NCBI GenBank assembly: GCA_947652615.1
Contig: CANTDX010000005.1
Location: 7,333-71,332 of the forward strand
DNA length: 64,000 nucleotides
Reading direction: 5' to 3'
Source of the DNA: an uncultured Dorea sp.
GTDB taxonomy: Bacteria > Bacillota > Clostridia > Lachnospirales > Lachnospiraceae
Under the pieces are notes generated by a model. That model had not been told where the DNA came from. It worked only from the letters and a program-made list of their open reading frames with translations, and ran no database searches. Below are positions 1-8,791 of this stretch, in pieces; position 1 is the first letter of the stretch; every line of letters starts with the position of its first letter. Both the position numbers and the translations under genes were made by a program.

Positions 1-64
1 CATAACAGTCCAGACCTACCGTTTCGATAGATGCTCGCTGCACACTGGAATCTGTACCCGTCTG

Positions 65-433
65 TTATTGTGTCTCTGTTAATTTCTGTACCGCCTCTTC
101 CTTCGTTGACACAAAGAAAAAGTCTTTCCCCTGGTTCGATTCATAAATAAAATCCTTCAGCGGCTTGCTGGTATAATGTGAATAATCTCCATACACAGCC
201 ACTTTCACATGATAGTTCATAAACTTCTGGAGAATCTCACCTGCCAATCCTGTACTGAGAATGAAGAAATCCCCGCATATCATATCTTTATTAATGACAA
301 TCCGCTCTGCACCCGTCTCATACTTCACAGTCATCGCCAGATCCAGAGCCGACTGTGTGTCAACAATTACCATCTCATCACTGGAAACGACTGCAATATC
401 AATTCCGTTATCCTTCATATGTTCAATATTCAT
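65..433 (-). CDS. DUF4180 domain-containing protein
   Basis: 122-aa ORF. ATG at 433 is preceded by AGGAGG. The sequence pattern (DTQSALDL..TV, LAGEILQKFMNYHVKVAVYGDYS, SKPLKDFIYESNQG) matches my recollection of the DUF4180 family. Confidence 0.65.
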   Translation of the reverse strand: MNIEHMKDNGIDIAVVSSDEMVIVDTQSALDLAMTVKYETGAERIVINKDMICGDFFILSTGLAGEILQKFMNYHVKVAVYGDYSHYTSKPLKDFIYESNQGKDFFFVSTKEEAVQKLTETQ

Positions 434-556
434 AATGTCCTCCTAACTTAAATCTGCAGTACAAATTCCAGTTGAAGATAGATTCTACAGGATAACACGT
501 AGATTGTCAAGTTTCTGACTCTTTTTCTTCATCTTTTTCTTTCATTCATCGATTCC

Positions 557-856
557 CTACCAATCTATCACATCAAAAAATTCTTCCATATTGCTGCCTT
601 TGCAGTCAAGCATCTCCCATGATAAATCAGTTCGGCTAATTGCAATTTCAAAATTCTTTTTCTTCACAGAATATATATTTTTCACAAACTTATCTTTGCC
701 CCGAAGCCTCTGAATCATAATCTGATAAGAGAACTCACCCCTATTCAGGTACTCATACACTTCTGTATTCTTCTTAAACTGTTCCAAAGTCTGGAATCCA
801 AGAACCGTCCGCAAAAACAGACTTCTGCAAATCAAATCCTTCTGCAGTTTCAACAT
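557..856 (-). CDS. hypothetical protein (low-GC, possibly a gene remnant)
   Basis: 99-aa ORF in an AT-rich stretch. No recognisable motifs and no convincing RBS. Confidence 0.25.
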   Translation of the reverse strand: MLKLQKDLICRSLFLRTVLGFQTLEQFKKNTEVYEYLNRGEFSYQIMIQRLRGKDKFVKNIYSVKKKNFEIAISRTDLSWEMLDCKGSNMEEFFDVIDW

Positions 857-1011
857 AGTTGTCCGAGAAAAATTTTTTTACCTTTCCAGCCGGTGCATTC
901 ATGGAAAATTCACTTTCGTAGTTAAACGAACAAATTAAAAATGCGAATTTCACATTGTATACCCCCGTTAATCTTAATTACTGATTTCAGTATACCAGAA
1001 ACTTCGCATCA

Positions 1012-1593
1012 TTAAAAGACCTTATCGATCAGCCCGAATTCCATCGCTTCCACAGCCGTCAGATAATGATCCCTATCCGTAGCCGCCTCTATCTCCGTCT
1101 CTGTTCTGCCTGTATTCTCTGCCAATATCCGGTTTAATCTCTTTTTGCTGCACTGGATATGATCGGACATAATCTTAATATCCGCTGCCTGCCCCTGGAT
1201 TCCATTCCCATGGATCGCCGGCTGGTGTATCATGATCTCCGCATTCGGCAGCGCCATCCGTTTCCCTTTCGTTCCCCCGGCAAGCAGAAATGCCCCGAAG
1301 CTTGCCGCCATTCCCAGACATATAGTAGAGACGCCGCATTTAATATACTGCATGGTATCATAGATTGCCAGCCCCGCTGTTACGGAACCGCCCGGACTGT
1401 TGATGTAAAAGTGGATATCCTTCTCCGGATCCTGCGCTTCCAGATATAGCATCTGCGCAATGATCAGGCTCGCCGAGTGATCGCTGACCTCCTCACCTAA
1501 GAATATGATCCGGTCTGACAGAAGCCTGGAATAGATGTCGTAGCTTCTCTCCCCTCTGCCAGTCTGTTCAGCCACATAAGGTACATAACTCAT
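1012..1593 (-). CDS. clpP: ATP-dependent Clp protease proteolytic subunit
   Basis: 193 aa with a full-length ClpP pattern: [18 protein letters not shown], catalytic Ser in GMAAS, His in MIHQP, Asp in TDRD. The ATG overlaps the upstream stop as ATGA. Confidence 0.95.
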   Translation of the reverse strand: MSYVPYVAEQTGRGERSYDIYSRLLSDRIIFLGEEVSDHSASLIIAQMLYLEAQDPEKDIHFYINSPGGSVTAGLAIYDTMQYIKCGVSTICLGMAASFGAFLLAGGTKGKRMALPNAEIMIHQPAIHGNGIQGQAADIKIMSDHIQCSKKRLNRILAENTGRTETEIEAATDRDHYLTAVEAMEFGLIDKVF

Positions 1594-1988
1594 GCCGCCA
1601 TCCTGCCTCCTGTCACTCCAACCAAAACAAATCTCATGCGAATCCTGCGCTGCTTCGGAATAAATACACCGATCCGCCTGTATTCCTGCGGCGTACAGGC
1701 ATATATTCTCCGAAAAGCCTGGGTAAACGCCTGCTGAGAACCATAACCTGCTTCCAACGCGATCTCTACTATGGGCCGGCCGGTTTCTGCCAGCTTCCTT
1801 GCCGACTCATCCAGACGCCTGCCCTGGATATATTTATATACCGTCATGCCTGTATTTGCTTTAAATTCCCTTGCAATGTAATATTTTGAATAACTAAACT
1901 CCTTTGCAATCCTCTCTAACGATAGTTCTTTATCCAGATTATCCTCAATGAACGAGAGTATTTTCTTTGTTAATGTAATATCTCCCAT
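1590..1988 (-). CDS. AraC/MarA-type transcriptional regulator (HTH domain only)
   Basis: Two AraC-type HTH repeats ([22 protein letters not shown] ... [22 protein letters not shown]) with no ligand domain. I chose the start at MGDITL (ATG 1988, AAAGGGG upstream). The ORF track allows an extension to 2084. Confidence 0.8.
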   Translation of the reverse strand: MGDITLTKKILSFIEDNLDKELSLERIAKEFSYSKYYIAREFKANTGMTVYKYIQGRRLDESARKLAETGRPIVEIALEAGYGSQQAFTQAFRRIYACTPQEYRRIGVFIPKQRRIRMRFVLVGVTGGRMAA

Positions 1989-2092
1989 ATACTGATGCCC
2001 CTTTTCGTTTTTGTCTATTGTAGCATACAGCATTTGGCACGTCTTAATAAAAATTGCCCTTTTCAAATCCTCTCTTAAAAACATTGTAAATT

Positions 2093-2299
2093 TTAAAAAT
2101 AGAATAACTCCTCGAATTTCTTATCCAGTACAATACACAGGATCAATGCCAGCTTGGCAGTCGGATTAAATACCCCTGTCTCTATCGAGCAGATCGTCTG
2201 GCGGGACACGCCCGCCAGCCTGGCAAGCTCACTCTGAGACAAATTCTTCTCTGTTCTGGCCTGCTTCAAATTATTTCTTAATATGAGTTCCGTATCCAT
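2093..2299 (-). CDS. XRE-family helix-turn-helix transcriptional regulator
   Basis: Cro/C1-type HTH motif (LSQSELARLAGVSRQTICSIETG). Start taken at MDTEL (ATG 2299, GGAGGA upstream). The ORF-track N-terminal extension overlaps the upstream gene. Confidence 0.85.
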   Translation of the reverse strand: MDTELILRNNLKQARTEKNLSQSELARLAGVSRQTICSIETGVFNPTAKLALILCIVLDKKFEELFYF

Positions 2300-2309
2300 A
2301 TGTCCTCCA

Positions 2310-2636
2310 TCAGAAGATTTCCACCAGGTATCCAATGAATAATCCGACCGCCACTCCGAACCATAAGATCCCATAACACAGATCATATTTCCTTCTGAGC
2401 CTGATCCACTTATAGAACCATTGACCGCTCGCTATAAAGCAATAGATCGCATATACGTCATAGTACGGAAGTCCTGCTATCATCTTCACGATCATTGCAG
2501 CAATACAGGCAATAAATCCTGCTATCACTCCCACCTTACAGCCCTTGTTCAAAATATCCTGCTCCATCTCATCCAGTGCGTTGGGCTTCTTATCTTGTAT
2601 TCTGCGCAATACCTCATCTCTATCCATGGATGACAC
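2310..2636 (-). CDS. small membrane protein, XRE-associated (DUF6442-like)
   Basis: 108 aa with a charged N-terminus followed by 3 hydrophobic helices. It sits immediately upstream of the XRE gene, a pairing common in Firmicutes. Confidence 0.6.
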   Translation of the reverse strand: MSSMDRDEVLRRIQDKKPNALDEMEQDILNKGCKVGVIAGFIACIAAMIVKMIAGLPYYDVYAIYCFIASGQWFYKWIRLRRKYDLCYGILWFGVAVGLFIGYLVEIF

Positions 2637-2648
2637 CTCCTATATACA

Positions 2649-2713
2649 GTCAAGTTTTCTTGTCATCTTCATTATATATGTGTCAAGTTTTCTTGTCAAT
2701 ACTTTTCTGTCAA
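2649..2713 (-). promoter_or_regulatory. direct-repeat operator candidate upstream of the membrane-protein/XRE operon
   Basis: GTCAAGTTTTCTTGTCA occurs at 2649-2665 and again exactly at 2682-2698 (33-bp period). A third partial copy TTTTCTGTCAA lies at about 2704-2713. All are 13-77 nt upstream of the start at 2636. Confidence 0.4.
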
Positions 2714-2771
2714 TACACAAAAAGACACCAGCCCTCTCCGACTGATGTCTATCCGTAACAACTATCCTTCT

Positions 2772-3521
2772 TCAATCCATAATGATCCCGCCGTTCACAT
2801 CCAGGATCTCTCCATTAATATAAGCTACCTTATCATTACATAGGAATGCCACCGCCTCCGCGATCTCGCTCAGCTTCCCCAGGCGTCCTGACGGAATCAG
2901 CGGAAGAGCATCCCTCCACCTGTCATTTGCCAGCACCTGAGCGGATTCTACCCATCCTGCCGCAACGGCGTTGGAATTAATATTCGAACCTGACAACTCG
3001 CTCGCGAAGGACTTGGTAAGACTGATCACACCCGCCTTCGCCGCTCCGTATATCGCAACACCTCTTCCTGGATTCTTCCCGTCACAAGAAGAGATATTCA
3101 CGATCCTCCCGTATCCATTTGGCAGCATAGCAGTTTTCACTACTTCTTGCGTTAGGAAGAATAACCCTTTAAGATTCACATCTATGACAAAATCAAACGT
3201 ACTTTCTTCCACTTCGAGGATCGGCGCCGCAGGATACACTCCCGCATTATTCACCAGGATATCGATCCTCCCCATCTTCTCTATGATATGACCGACAGAA
3301 GTATGGATGTCTCCAAGCTCCATAATATCACACTCTACAGCCAGTGCCTTCACACCCATTGCCGTACAGTTCCGGATTACCTCGTCTTCCGCTTTTATCT
3401 TCATATCCAGGATCACCAGATCTGCCCCCTTATCTGCAAGAGTCTCGGCGATACATTTCCCGATTCCTCTCGCCCCGCCTGTCACAACAGCCACTTTTCC
3501 GTTCAACTCTTTTTCTGACAT
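2772..3521 (-). CDS. SDR-family oxidoreductase
   Basis: TGGARGIGK cofactor motif, NNAG, and YGAAKAG (YxxxK) catalytic motif. 249 aa. Confidence 0.9.
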   Translation of the reverse strand: MSEKELNGKVAVVTGGARGIGKCIAETLADKGADLVILDMKIKAEDEVIRNCTAMGVKALAVECDIMELGDIHTSVGHIIEKMGRIDILVNNAGVYPAAPILEVEESTFDFVIDVNLKGLFFLTQEVVKTAMLPNGYGRIVNISSCDGKNPGRGVAIYGAAKAGVISLTKSFASELSGSNINSNAVAAGWVESAQVLANDRWRDALPLIPSGRLGKLSEIAEAVAFLCNDKVAYINGEILDVNGGIIMD

Positions 3522-3522
3522 A

Positions 3523-4752
3523 CTAACTCCTTTCCGCCGCCTTATATATCATATAATCCGTTATGATCACATCAGTTCCATCCTTTGGCGCCAACTCTTC
3601 CATCAATCTTCCCATTCCCATCTTCTTGATCTCAAGCATCATCTCATAAGGGTTTCGGATATCGATCCGTTCGCCCAATGCCTTCAGCACATATTCTAAG
3701 AATAATTCGCCCCTTTCTACAACCTTATCCGCCGTCTCATCTATCCTGTCCCAATCGATCATCTTGGCGTACTCAGGCACATAAGCTTCCAATTCTCTGG
3801 CATATTCCAGGGTTCGCACGATCTCCTCTGCCGTCACATCCGCAGTCAGGCCTCCATCCGCCATTGCAGTGATTGCATGACCAGTCCGATAAAGGAACTG
3901 CCCAGCCATATCACAAAGAAGGCATTCTGATAAATGTGCCGTATTCAGGCCTTTATCCCGATGATTCCGCCCCAGTTTGTTGGTAAATATCATGGAACCT
4001 GTCATAGTTCCTTTATGTATTTTCTTCAGAGCAGACAGGAACACAAGTCTTTTGAACGGCGAATGGAACATATCACCGAAGGAATGAGCAAGCTTCGCGT
4101 GCAGCAGCTCTTCTATAAGATATTTTTCCAGTAGCGCGCATCCGGCAAGAAGGCCCAGATCTCCCGCTGCATTACCGTACCCGTCGTCCAGGTTAGAATG
4201 AATCAGCGTTCCATACTCCCGGCAGTCTGCCATAAGCCTGATCGCCGCTGCCGTACTCTTTGTACGCATTTCCACATCCTGATATTCCGGATAATCCCAA
4301 CCGAAAAACTGTGAAATATTCCCGATTGTTGTGACTCCCGCTTTCAGAGCCGCCCTTACATTCTCATAAGATGCGGGACTTCCGATCATATTGTCCCCCA
4401 GATGCGGCTGCATATGGGCAGAATGTCCCAGCATATTCCAATCCGTCTGTTTCACCATATAGAGTCCCTGTCCGCTGCGGTATTTCTCCCTCTCACCTTC
4501 CGGAAGCGCCATAGCATAATCCAGACTGACTCCAAATCGGTCCAGATGGAGGTTCTTCTCGGCAAGCTTCCGGTCAAGCTCCTCCATCTGTATTTTTAAT
4601 TCCTCAAGAGATGGGCAGCACAGGTGAAAATGATACATGAATCTCCCTTCTTCTGCCATTCTCTCTTTATATTCCATCTCCGAAGCGAATCCATTTCTCT
4701 TCATAAAATTCGTTTTCCCCGGAATTATTCTATCTCTTTCTTGTATTTCCAT
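3523..4752 (-). CDS. conserved hypothetical protein (putative enzyme, function unknown)
   Basis: 409-aa ORF with protein-like composition. It is packed tightly between the NhaC gene (23-nt overlap) and the SDR gene (1-nt gap). I recognise no family motif. Confidence 0.75.
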   Translation of the reverse strand: MEIQERDRIIPGKTNFMKRNGFASEMEYKERMAEEGRFMYHFHLCCPSLEELKIQMEELDRKLAEKNLHLDRFGVSLDYAMALPEGEREKYRSGQGLYMVKQTDWNMLGHSAHMQPHLGDNMIGSPASYENVRAALKAGVTTIGNISQFFGWDYPEYQDVEMRTKSTAAAIRLMADCREYGTLIHSNLDDGYGNAAGDLGLLAGCALLEKYLIEELLHAKLAHSFGDMFHSPFKRLVFLSALKKIHKGTMTGSMIFTNKLGRNHRDKGLNTAHLSECLLCDMAGQFLYRTGHAITAMADGGLTADVTAEEIVRTLEYARELEAYVPEYAKMIDWDRIDETADKVVERGELFLEYVLKALGERIDIRNPYEMMLEIKKMGMGRLMEELAPKDGTDVIITDYMIYKAAERS

Positions 4753-6130
4753 CTATATTTCCTCTCCTTCGCACTCCGATACCTGTGACGGCGCTAAACA
4801 GCATAGCCGCAGGCGTTAATATTCCCAGAAAATAATAAGAAACATACGATCCTACAGATAACCCAAGTGTCTCCGAACAGTAGATTCCGTTCGTTCCCCA
4901 TGGCACCATCGGACAGACAACCGTCCCGCCGTCTTCCAGGGTACGCGACATCACGCTTCTTCGTATCCCAAGCGCATCATACCTTGCCCCCAGAATATTG
5001 GCCGGCAGTATCATCGCCAGATAAGGGTCCGCCGCGAAGAAGCTCAAAAGGAACGTCAGCGCCCAGGTCACGACGATCAATCCGATACTGTTCTCTGTAA
5101 GTCTGCCTGTTTTCTCCAGAACCGCGTTCATGATCCCCGTAGAGCGCATCACACCGGCCAGAGAAAGCGACATCAGCATCAGTGTAACCGTCCCTGTCAT
5201 AGAAGTCAGGCCGCCTCTGGTCAACAGCGTATCCACCGCCTCGATCCCTGTTGTGCCCGCGTATCCGGAATACATATAATGCATTCCGTCTTCCACATTC
5301 TCCCCCTGAACGAAGACCGTGCAGATCAGCCCCAGAGCAGAAGCAATCATCATGGTTGGGATCGCCGGAAATCTCCGTATGATCAGAATCAACAGCACTA
5401 ACAGCGGAAACAGCAGCGCAGGTCCTATATAGAAGCCTTCTTTCAGCCCCGCCGTTATGGTCTGGATCTGGGAGATGTCTGCTTTCTTCCCGCCGTATTT
5501 CACCCCAAGTATCAGGAAGATAACGAGGCTCATCAAATATGCCGGACCTGTCGTATACAGCATAGAACGGGTGTGTTCATATAGATCAGTCTTCGCCACC
5601 GCCGCCGCAAAATTCGTAGAATCACTGAGCGGTGACTGTTTGTCCCCAAAATAAGCGCCGCATAGAATCGCGCCGGCCGTCATCCCTGCCGGTATTCCAA
5701 GTCCCGCACTGATCCCCATAAATGCGACCCCGATCGTTCCGATGGTCGTCCAAGACGAACCTGTGACAAGGGACATCACGCTGCATAAGACCACCACCGA
5801 CACCAGGAAAAACCGGGGTGAAAATACCTGAAACCCATAATATATGATCGCCGGTACCGTTCCGCCTGCCATCCAGGTACCAATGGTCACTCCGATCAGG
5901 CAGATGATCAGTATCGCCTCGATAGATTCTGAGATACTCTCTATCATACCGGCACGCATTTCCTGCCATGTATTACCATTCATCACACCATATAGCATAA
6001 TGATAACAGTGCTGAAGACAAGCGGGATATGAGGGTTCTGCTTAAGCACCAGTACCCCGTATATCAGGACACCGATTGCAAGCAGCAGGCTTACACACGC
6101 CGCAGAAAATATATATTTGTCCTTCCTCAT
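4730..6130 (-). CDS. Na+/H+ antiporter NhaC-family transporter
   Basis: Polytopic membrane protein with NhaC-type blocks (GTVPAIIYYG, TGSSWTTIGT, GDKQSPLSDSTN). Start chosen at ATG 6130, 8 nt after GGAAGGAG. Confidence 0.85.
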   Translation of the reverse strand: MRKDKYIFSAACVSLLLAIGVLIYGVLVLKQNPHIPLVFSTVIIMLYGVMNGNTWQEMRAGMIESISESIEAILIICLIGVTIGTWMAGGTVPAIIYYGFQVFSPRFFLVSVVVLCSVMSLVTGSSWTTIGTIGVAFMGISAGLGIPAGMTAGAILCGAYFGDKQSPLSDSTNFAAAVAKTDLYEHTRSMLYTTGPAYLMSLVIFLILGVKYGGKKADISQIQTITAGLKEGFYIGPALLFPLLVLLILIIRRFPAIPTMMIASALGLICTVFVQGENVEDGMHYMYSGYAGTTGIEAVDTLLTRGGLTSMTGTVTLMLMSLSLAGVMRSTGIMNAVLEKTGRLTENSIGLIVVTWALTFLLSFFAADPYLAMILPANILGARYDALGIRRSVMSRTLEDGGTVVCPMVPWGTNGIYCSETLGLSVGSYVSYYFLGILTPAAMLFSAVTGIGVRRRGNIDGNTRKR

Positions 6131-6150
6131 ACACCGCACTCCTTCCTTGC

Positions 6151-7560
6151 TTACTCCTTGATTACTTTATAATTCCCGATTCCAACCGCTGCAAATAGGA
6201 TGCACAGCAACGGCGCCAAATATCCCATAAAATAATACGGAATATACGATGAGACTTCTATTCCCAGAGTAGCCGATACGTAGAGTCCGCCGGATCCCCA
6301 TGGCACCATCGGCGCAAAGAGGACCGCGTTGCCGACACTTCTGCACAGCACGCTTCTATTTAACTCCAGATCGTCGTAAGCGCCCTCCAGCGCCTTGGAC
6401 GGCAGTGTCATAGCCAGGTACGGATCTGCCGCAAAATAGCTGAATACAAATGTCAGAATATTGGTAAGAGATACCAGCGGCACAATCTTTGTCACCATTT
6501 TTGAAATCTTCTCAAGCAATACGGATATAATGCCCACGCGCTGGAGCACACCTGCCATCCACATGGAGAAGATCATCAGTGCGACCGTACTCATCATATT
6601 ATTCATTCCGCCCCGGGTAATGATACGGTCTACGTCGGCTACACCCGTATTCCCCACATACCCGTTCATCAGATATCCCAATGCATCCGCCAGACTATCC
6701 TTCTGGCAGAACACGTCGACCACCACGCCGCTTACAGCCGCAAGGATCATGGTCGGGATTGCCGGCAGCTTGACTGCAAGCAGGATAAATAACACGATTG
6801 CCGGCAGCAACACGATCGGAGTCATATGGAATCCCTGCTCCAACCCCGCAAGCGTCTCCGCAATCTGTTCCCCGGAACTTGCATTTGCTGAGGCAGAATA
6901 ACGAAGGCCGATGATAATATACACGATAAAGCTGATCAGAAGCGCCGGACAGTTCGTACAGAGCATCCCCTTCACACCGTTGTACAGGCCCGCTCCTGAA
7001 ATAGCCGTCGCAAAATTGCAGCCGTCCGACATAGGAGACTGTGTATCTCCGAAGAACGCTCCGCAGCAGATCGCACCTACAACAACCGGCGCCGGGATCC
7101 CCATCGAGACTCCAATCCCAAGGAACGCGACTCCCACGGTTCCCACCGTCGTCCACGAGCTTCCGGTCAGTGTACTCATAACCGCACAGAGCACCACGGT
7201 AAACGGGAGCAGGAATGCAGGAGTAAATAGCTTCAAGCCTCCCCAGATCACATAAGGCACCGTCCCGCAGGCTACCCACGAACCGACCACCATCCCTATG
7301 GTCATGACGATAATGATAGCCTCAAGGCTGCTGGCTATAGATTCCATCGCCTTGCTCATCATCTCTGCCCACGGTATCCCAAGATACAGACCGTAAATCA
7401 CCATGATAAATGTGCAGACAAGTATCGGAATATGCGGCGACAACTTAAGTACCAGAATTCCTGCCATCAGAACACCTACAGAAAGAACCAGCACAAGAAG
7501 CGACATACCCAGAGCTGCTTTCCGTTCCTCTGGTCTTTCTTTCCTCTTATTTTCACTCAT
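6151..7560 (-). CDS. Na+/H+ antiporter NhaC-family transporter (paralog)
   Basis: Same blocks as its neighbour (GTVPYVIWGG, TGSSWTTVGT, GDTQSPMSDGCN). Start chosen at MSENKRK (ATG 7560, GGAGGG 7 nt upstream), not at the ORF-track start 7638. Confidence 0.85.
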   Translation of the reverse strand: MSENKRKERPEERKAALGMSLLVLVLSVGVLMAGILVLKLSPHIPILVCTFIMVIYGLYLGIPWAEMMSKAMESIASSLEAIIIVMTIGMVVGSWVACGTVPYVIWGGLKLFTPAFLLPFTVVLCAVMSTLTGSSWTTVGTVGVAFLGIGVSMGIPAPVVVGAICCGAFFGDTQSPMSDGCNFATAISGAGLYNGVKGMLCTNCPALLISFIVYIIIGLRYSASANASSGEQIAETLAGLEQGFHMTPIVLLPAIVLFILLAVKLPAIPTMILAAVSGVVVDVFCQKDSLADALGYLMNGYVGNTGVADVDRIITRGGMNNMMSTVALMIFSMWMAGVLQRVGIISVLLEKISKMVTKIVPLVSLTNILTFVFSYFAADPYLAMTLPSKALEGAYDDLELNRSVLCRSVGNAVLFAPMVPWGSGGLYVSATLGIEVSSYIPYYFMGYLAPLLCILFAAVGIGNYKVIKE

Positions 7561-7622
7561 AAATAGACCCTCCATACCTTTTGATAAAACATTGCACCGG
7601 CCGTTAATGTTTTCACGATATA

Positions 7623-7651
7623 ATTTTAATTCATCCATTTACTCTTTGCAA
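7623..7651 (-). promoter_or_regulatory. candidate sigma-A promoter of the NhaC operon
   Basis: On the minus strand: TTGCAA, a 17-nt spacer, then TAAAAT. It lies about 60 nt upstream of the ATG at 7560. Confidence 0.4.
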
Positions 7652-7807
7652 TTCTTTGGCCTGGTATCGTTATACAGGATTCCTCTAACCATTGATCCCC
7701 TGTCACCGACATCAAATATTGAATCCGCCGTGTAACAGTTAAGAGGTCCGCGCATTTGCTTCGCCGACCGGAAGAACATGATTCAGGAATACAGAATCCC
7801 CTAGACG

Positions 7808-7843
7808 AAAAAAAGACTTGCAATAGTTAAAAACTATAACAAG
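7808..7843 (-). terminator. rho-independent terminator of the LysR gene
   Basis: Minus-strand hairpin CTTGTTATAGTT-TTT-AACTATTGCAAG spans the stop codon and is followed by TCTTTTTTT. Confidence 0.55.
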
Positions 7844-8742
7844 CCTCCAATGTCTTCTCTGACGATCTCCATATACCGTTTTCCAATGTCCCCTGGACAT
7901 TCATCTTTATACAGAACGAACCCAACCTTGATCGCTCCTTCTACATTCAAGGGAACCGCCACAATATCCTCCCCTTGAAGTTCTTTATTTACCATCTGTG
8001 TACAGATGGTAAATCCGCCCATCTTCCGAAGCAGATAGAACAGCGTACTTCGGTCGCTGACCTTGATATTCCTTCGATGCTCCAGGATCTTTAATATTTC
8101 TTCGGAAAAATAATTAGAATTGTATTCTCCTTTTCCAAAAGACAGAAATATATAAGGCTTCAAATCTCTGAATTTGATCTCTTTTTTCCGGGCTAACGGA
8201 TGTGTATCCGTCACATAAATATAGGATTTCGATTGAAATAATTCTGCAAACTCAAGTCCCGCCTCTGAAAGCTTCTTAAGGATCATTCTTGCATTAAAAT
8301 GATTCATATAGAGAATCCCGATCTCACTTCTGCGGTTCTGTACATCTTTGATCACTTCCTCCGTCGTGGTCTCCCGGAACGTAAAATCGAATTCGCCCGG
8401 ATCCAACTCCTTAAGCAGCCTCACGAACGCATTGATCGCGAATGTATAATGCTGCGTGGAGATTCCGAACTTCTGCTTGGACGGTTTAGCTCCAAGATAA
8501 TGCTCCTTAAGCTGATTCTCCTGTTCCACGATCTGCAGTGCATAACAGAGGAATTCCTTTCCTTCAGCCGATACCGAGATTCCCTGATTCGTCCGGTTGA
8601 AGATGGATATCCCGATCTCCCTCTCCAACTCCCTGATCGCGCTTGACAGACTTGGCTGGGAGACATACAGCTTCTTCGCCGCCTCATTCATCGAACCCCT
8701 GTTAGCTACTTCAACCGCGTATCTTAACTGCTGCAGGGTCAT
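7834..8742 (-). CDS. LysR-family transcriptional regulator
   Basis: N-terminal LysR HTH (MTLQQLRYAVEVANRGSMNEAAKKLYVSQPSLSSAIRELE) plus a roughly 200-aa substrate-binding domain. GGAGGG RBS. Confidence 0.9.
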   Translation of the reverse strand: MTLQQLRYAVEVANRGSMNEAAKKLYVSQPSLSSAIRELEREIGISIFNRTNQGISVSAEGKEFLCYALQIVEQENQLKEHYLGAKPSKQKFGISTQHYTFAINAFVRLLKELDPGEFDFTFRETTTEEVIKDVQNRRSEIGILYMNHFNARMILKKLSEAGLEFAELFQSKSYIYVTDTHPLARKKEIKFRDLKPYIFLSFGKGEYNSNYFSEEILKILEHRRNIKVSDRSTLFYLLRKMGGFTICTQMVNKELQGEDIVAVPLNVEGAIKVGFVLYKDECPGDIGKRYMEIVREDIGGLL

Positions 8743-8791
8743 TCTCTTTCCCTCCTTCTACAACTCCTTTAAGTCAAAGACCTCGCGGGAA

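Noticed and set aside
2649-2698. Short exact direct repeats that could suggest a CRISPR array. I looked for arrays across the whole window.
   Set aside because: There are only two to three copies of a 17-mer, separated by 16 nt, inside a promoter. No longer repeat-spacer periodicity exists anywhere in the 64 kb, and no cas genes are present.
5622-7279. Same-strand alternative-frame ORFs inside the NhaC genes (5622..5969, 115 aa; 6695..7279, 194 aa).
   Set aside because: They are Arg/Gly/Cys-rich nonsense translations fully nested in transporter genes whose own frames show conserved NhaC blocks.
7652-7808. Possible lysine riboswitch (L-box) upstream of the NhaC-family transporter. The minus strand contains GGAUUCUGU, CUGAA and GUCGGCGAAGCAAAU...AUUUG, which resemble the B. 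subtilis lysC leader. NhaC-type genes are known L-box targets.
   Set aside because: The 5' half of the L-box (AGAGGUGC / GAGUA region) and the closing ACUGUCA element are absent in the correct order. The helices I could draw are weak. The best promoter (7623-7651) lies downstream of this segment, so it would not be transcribed as a leader. A cmsearch with RF00168 would settle it.
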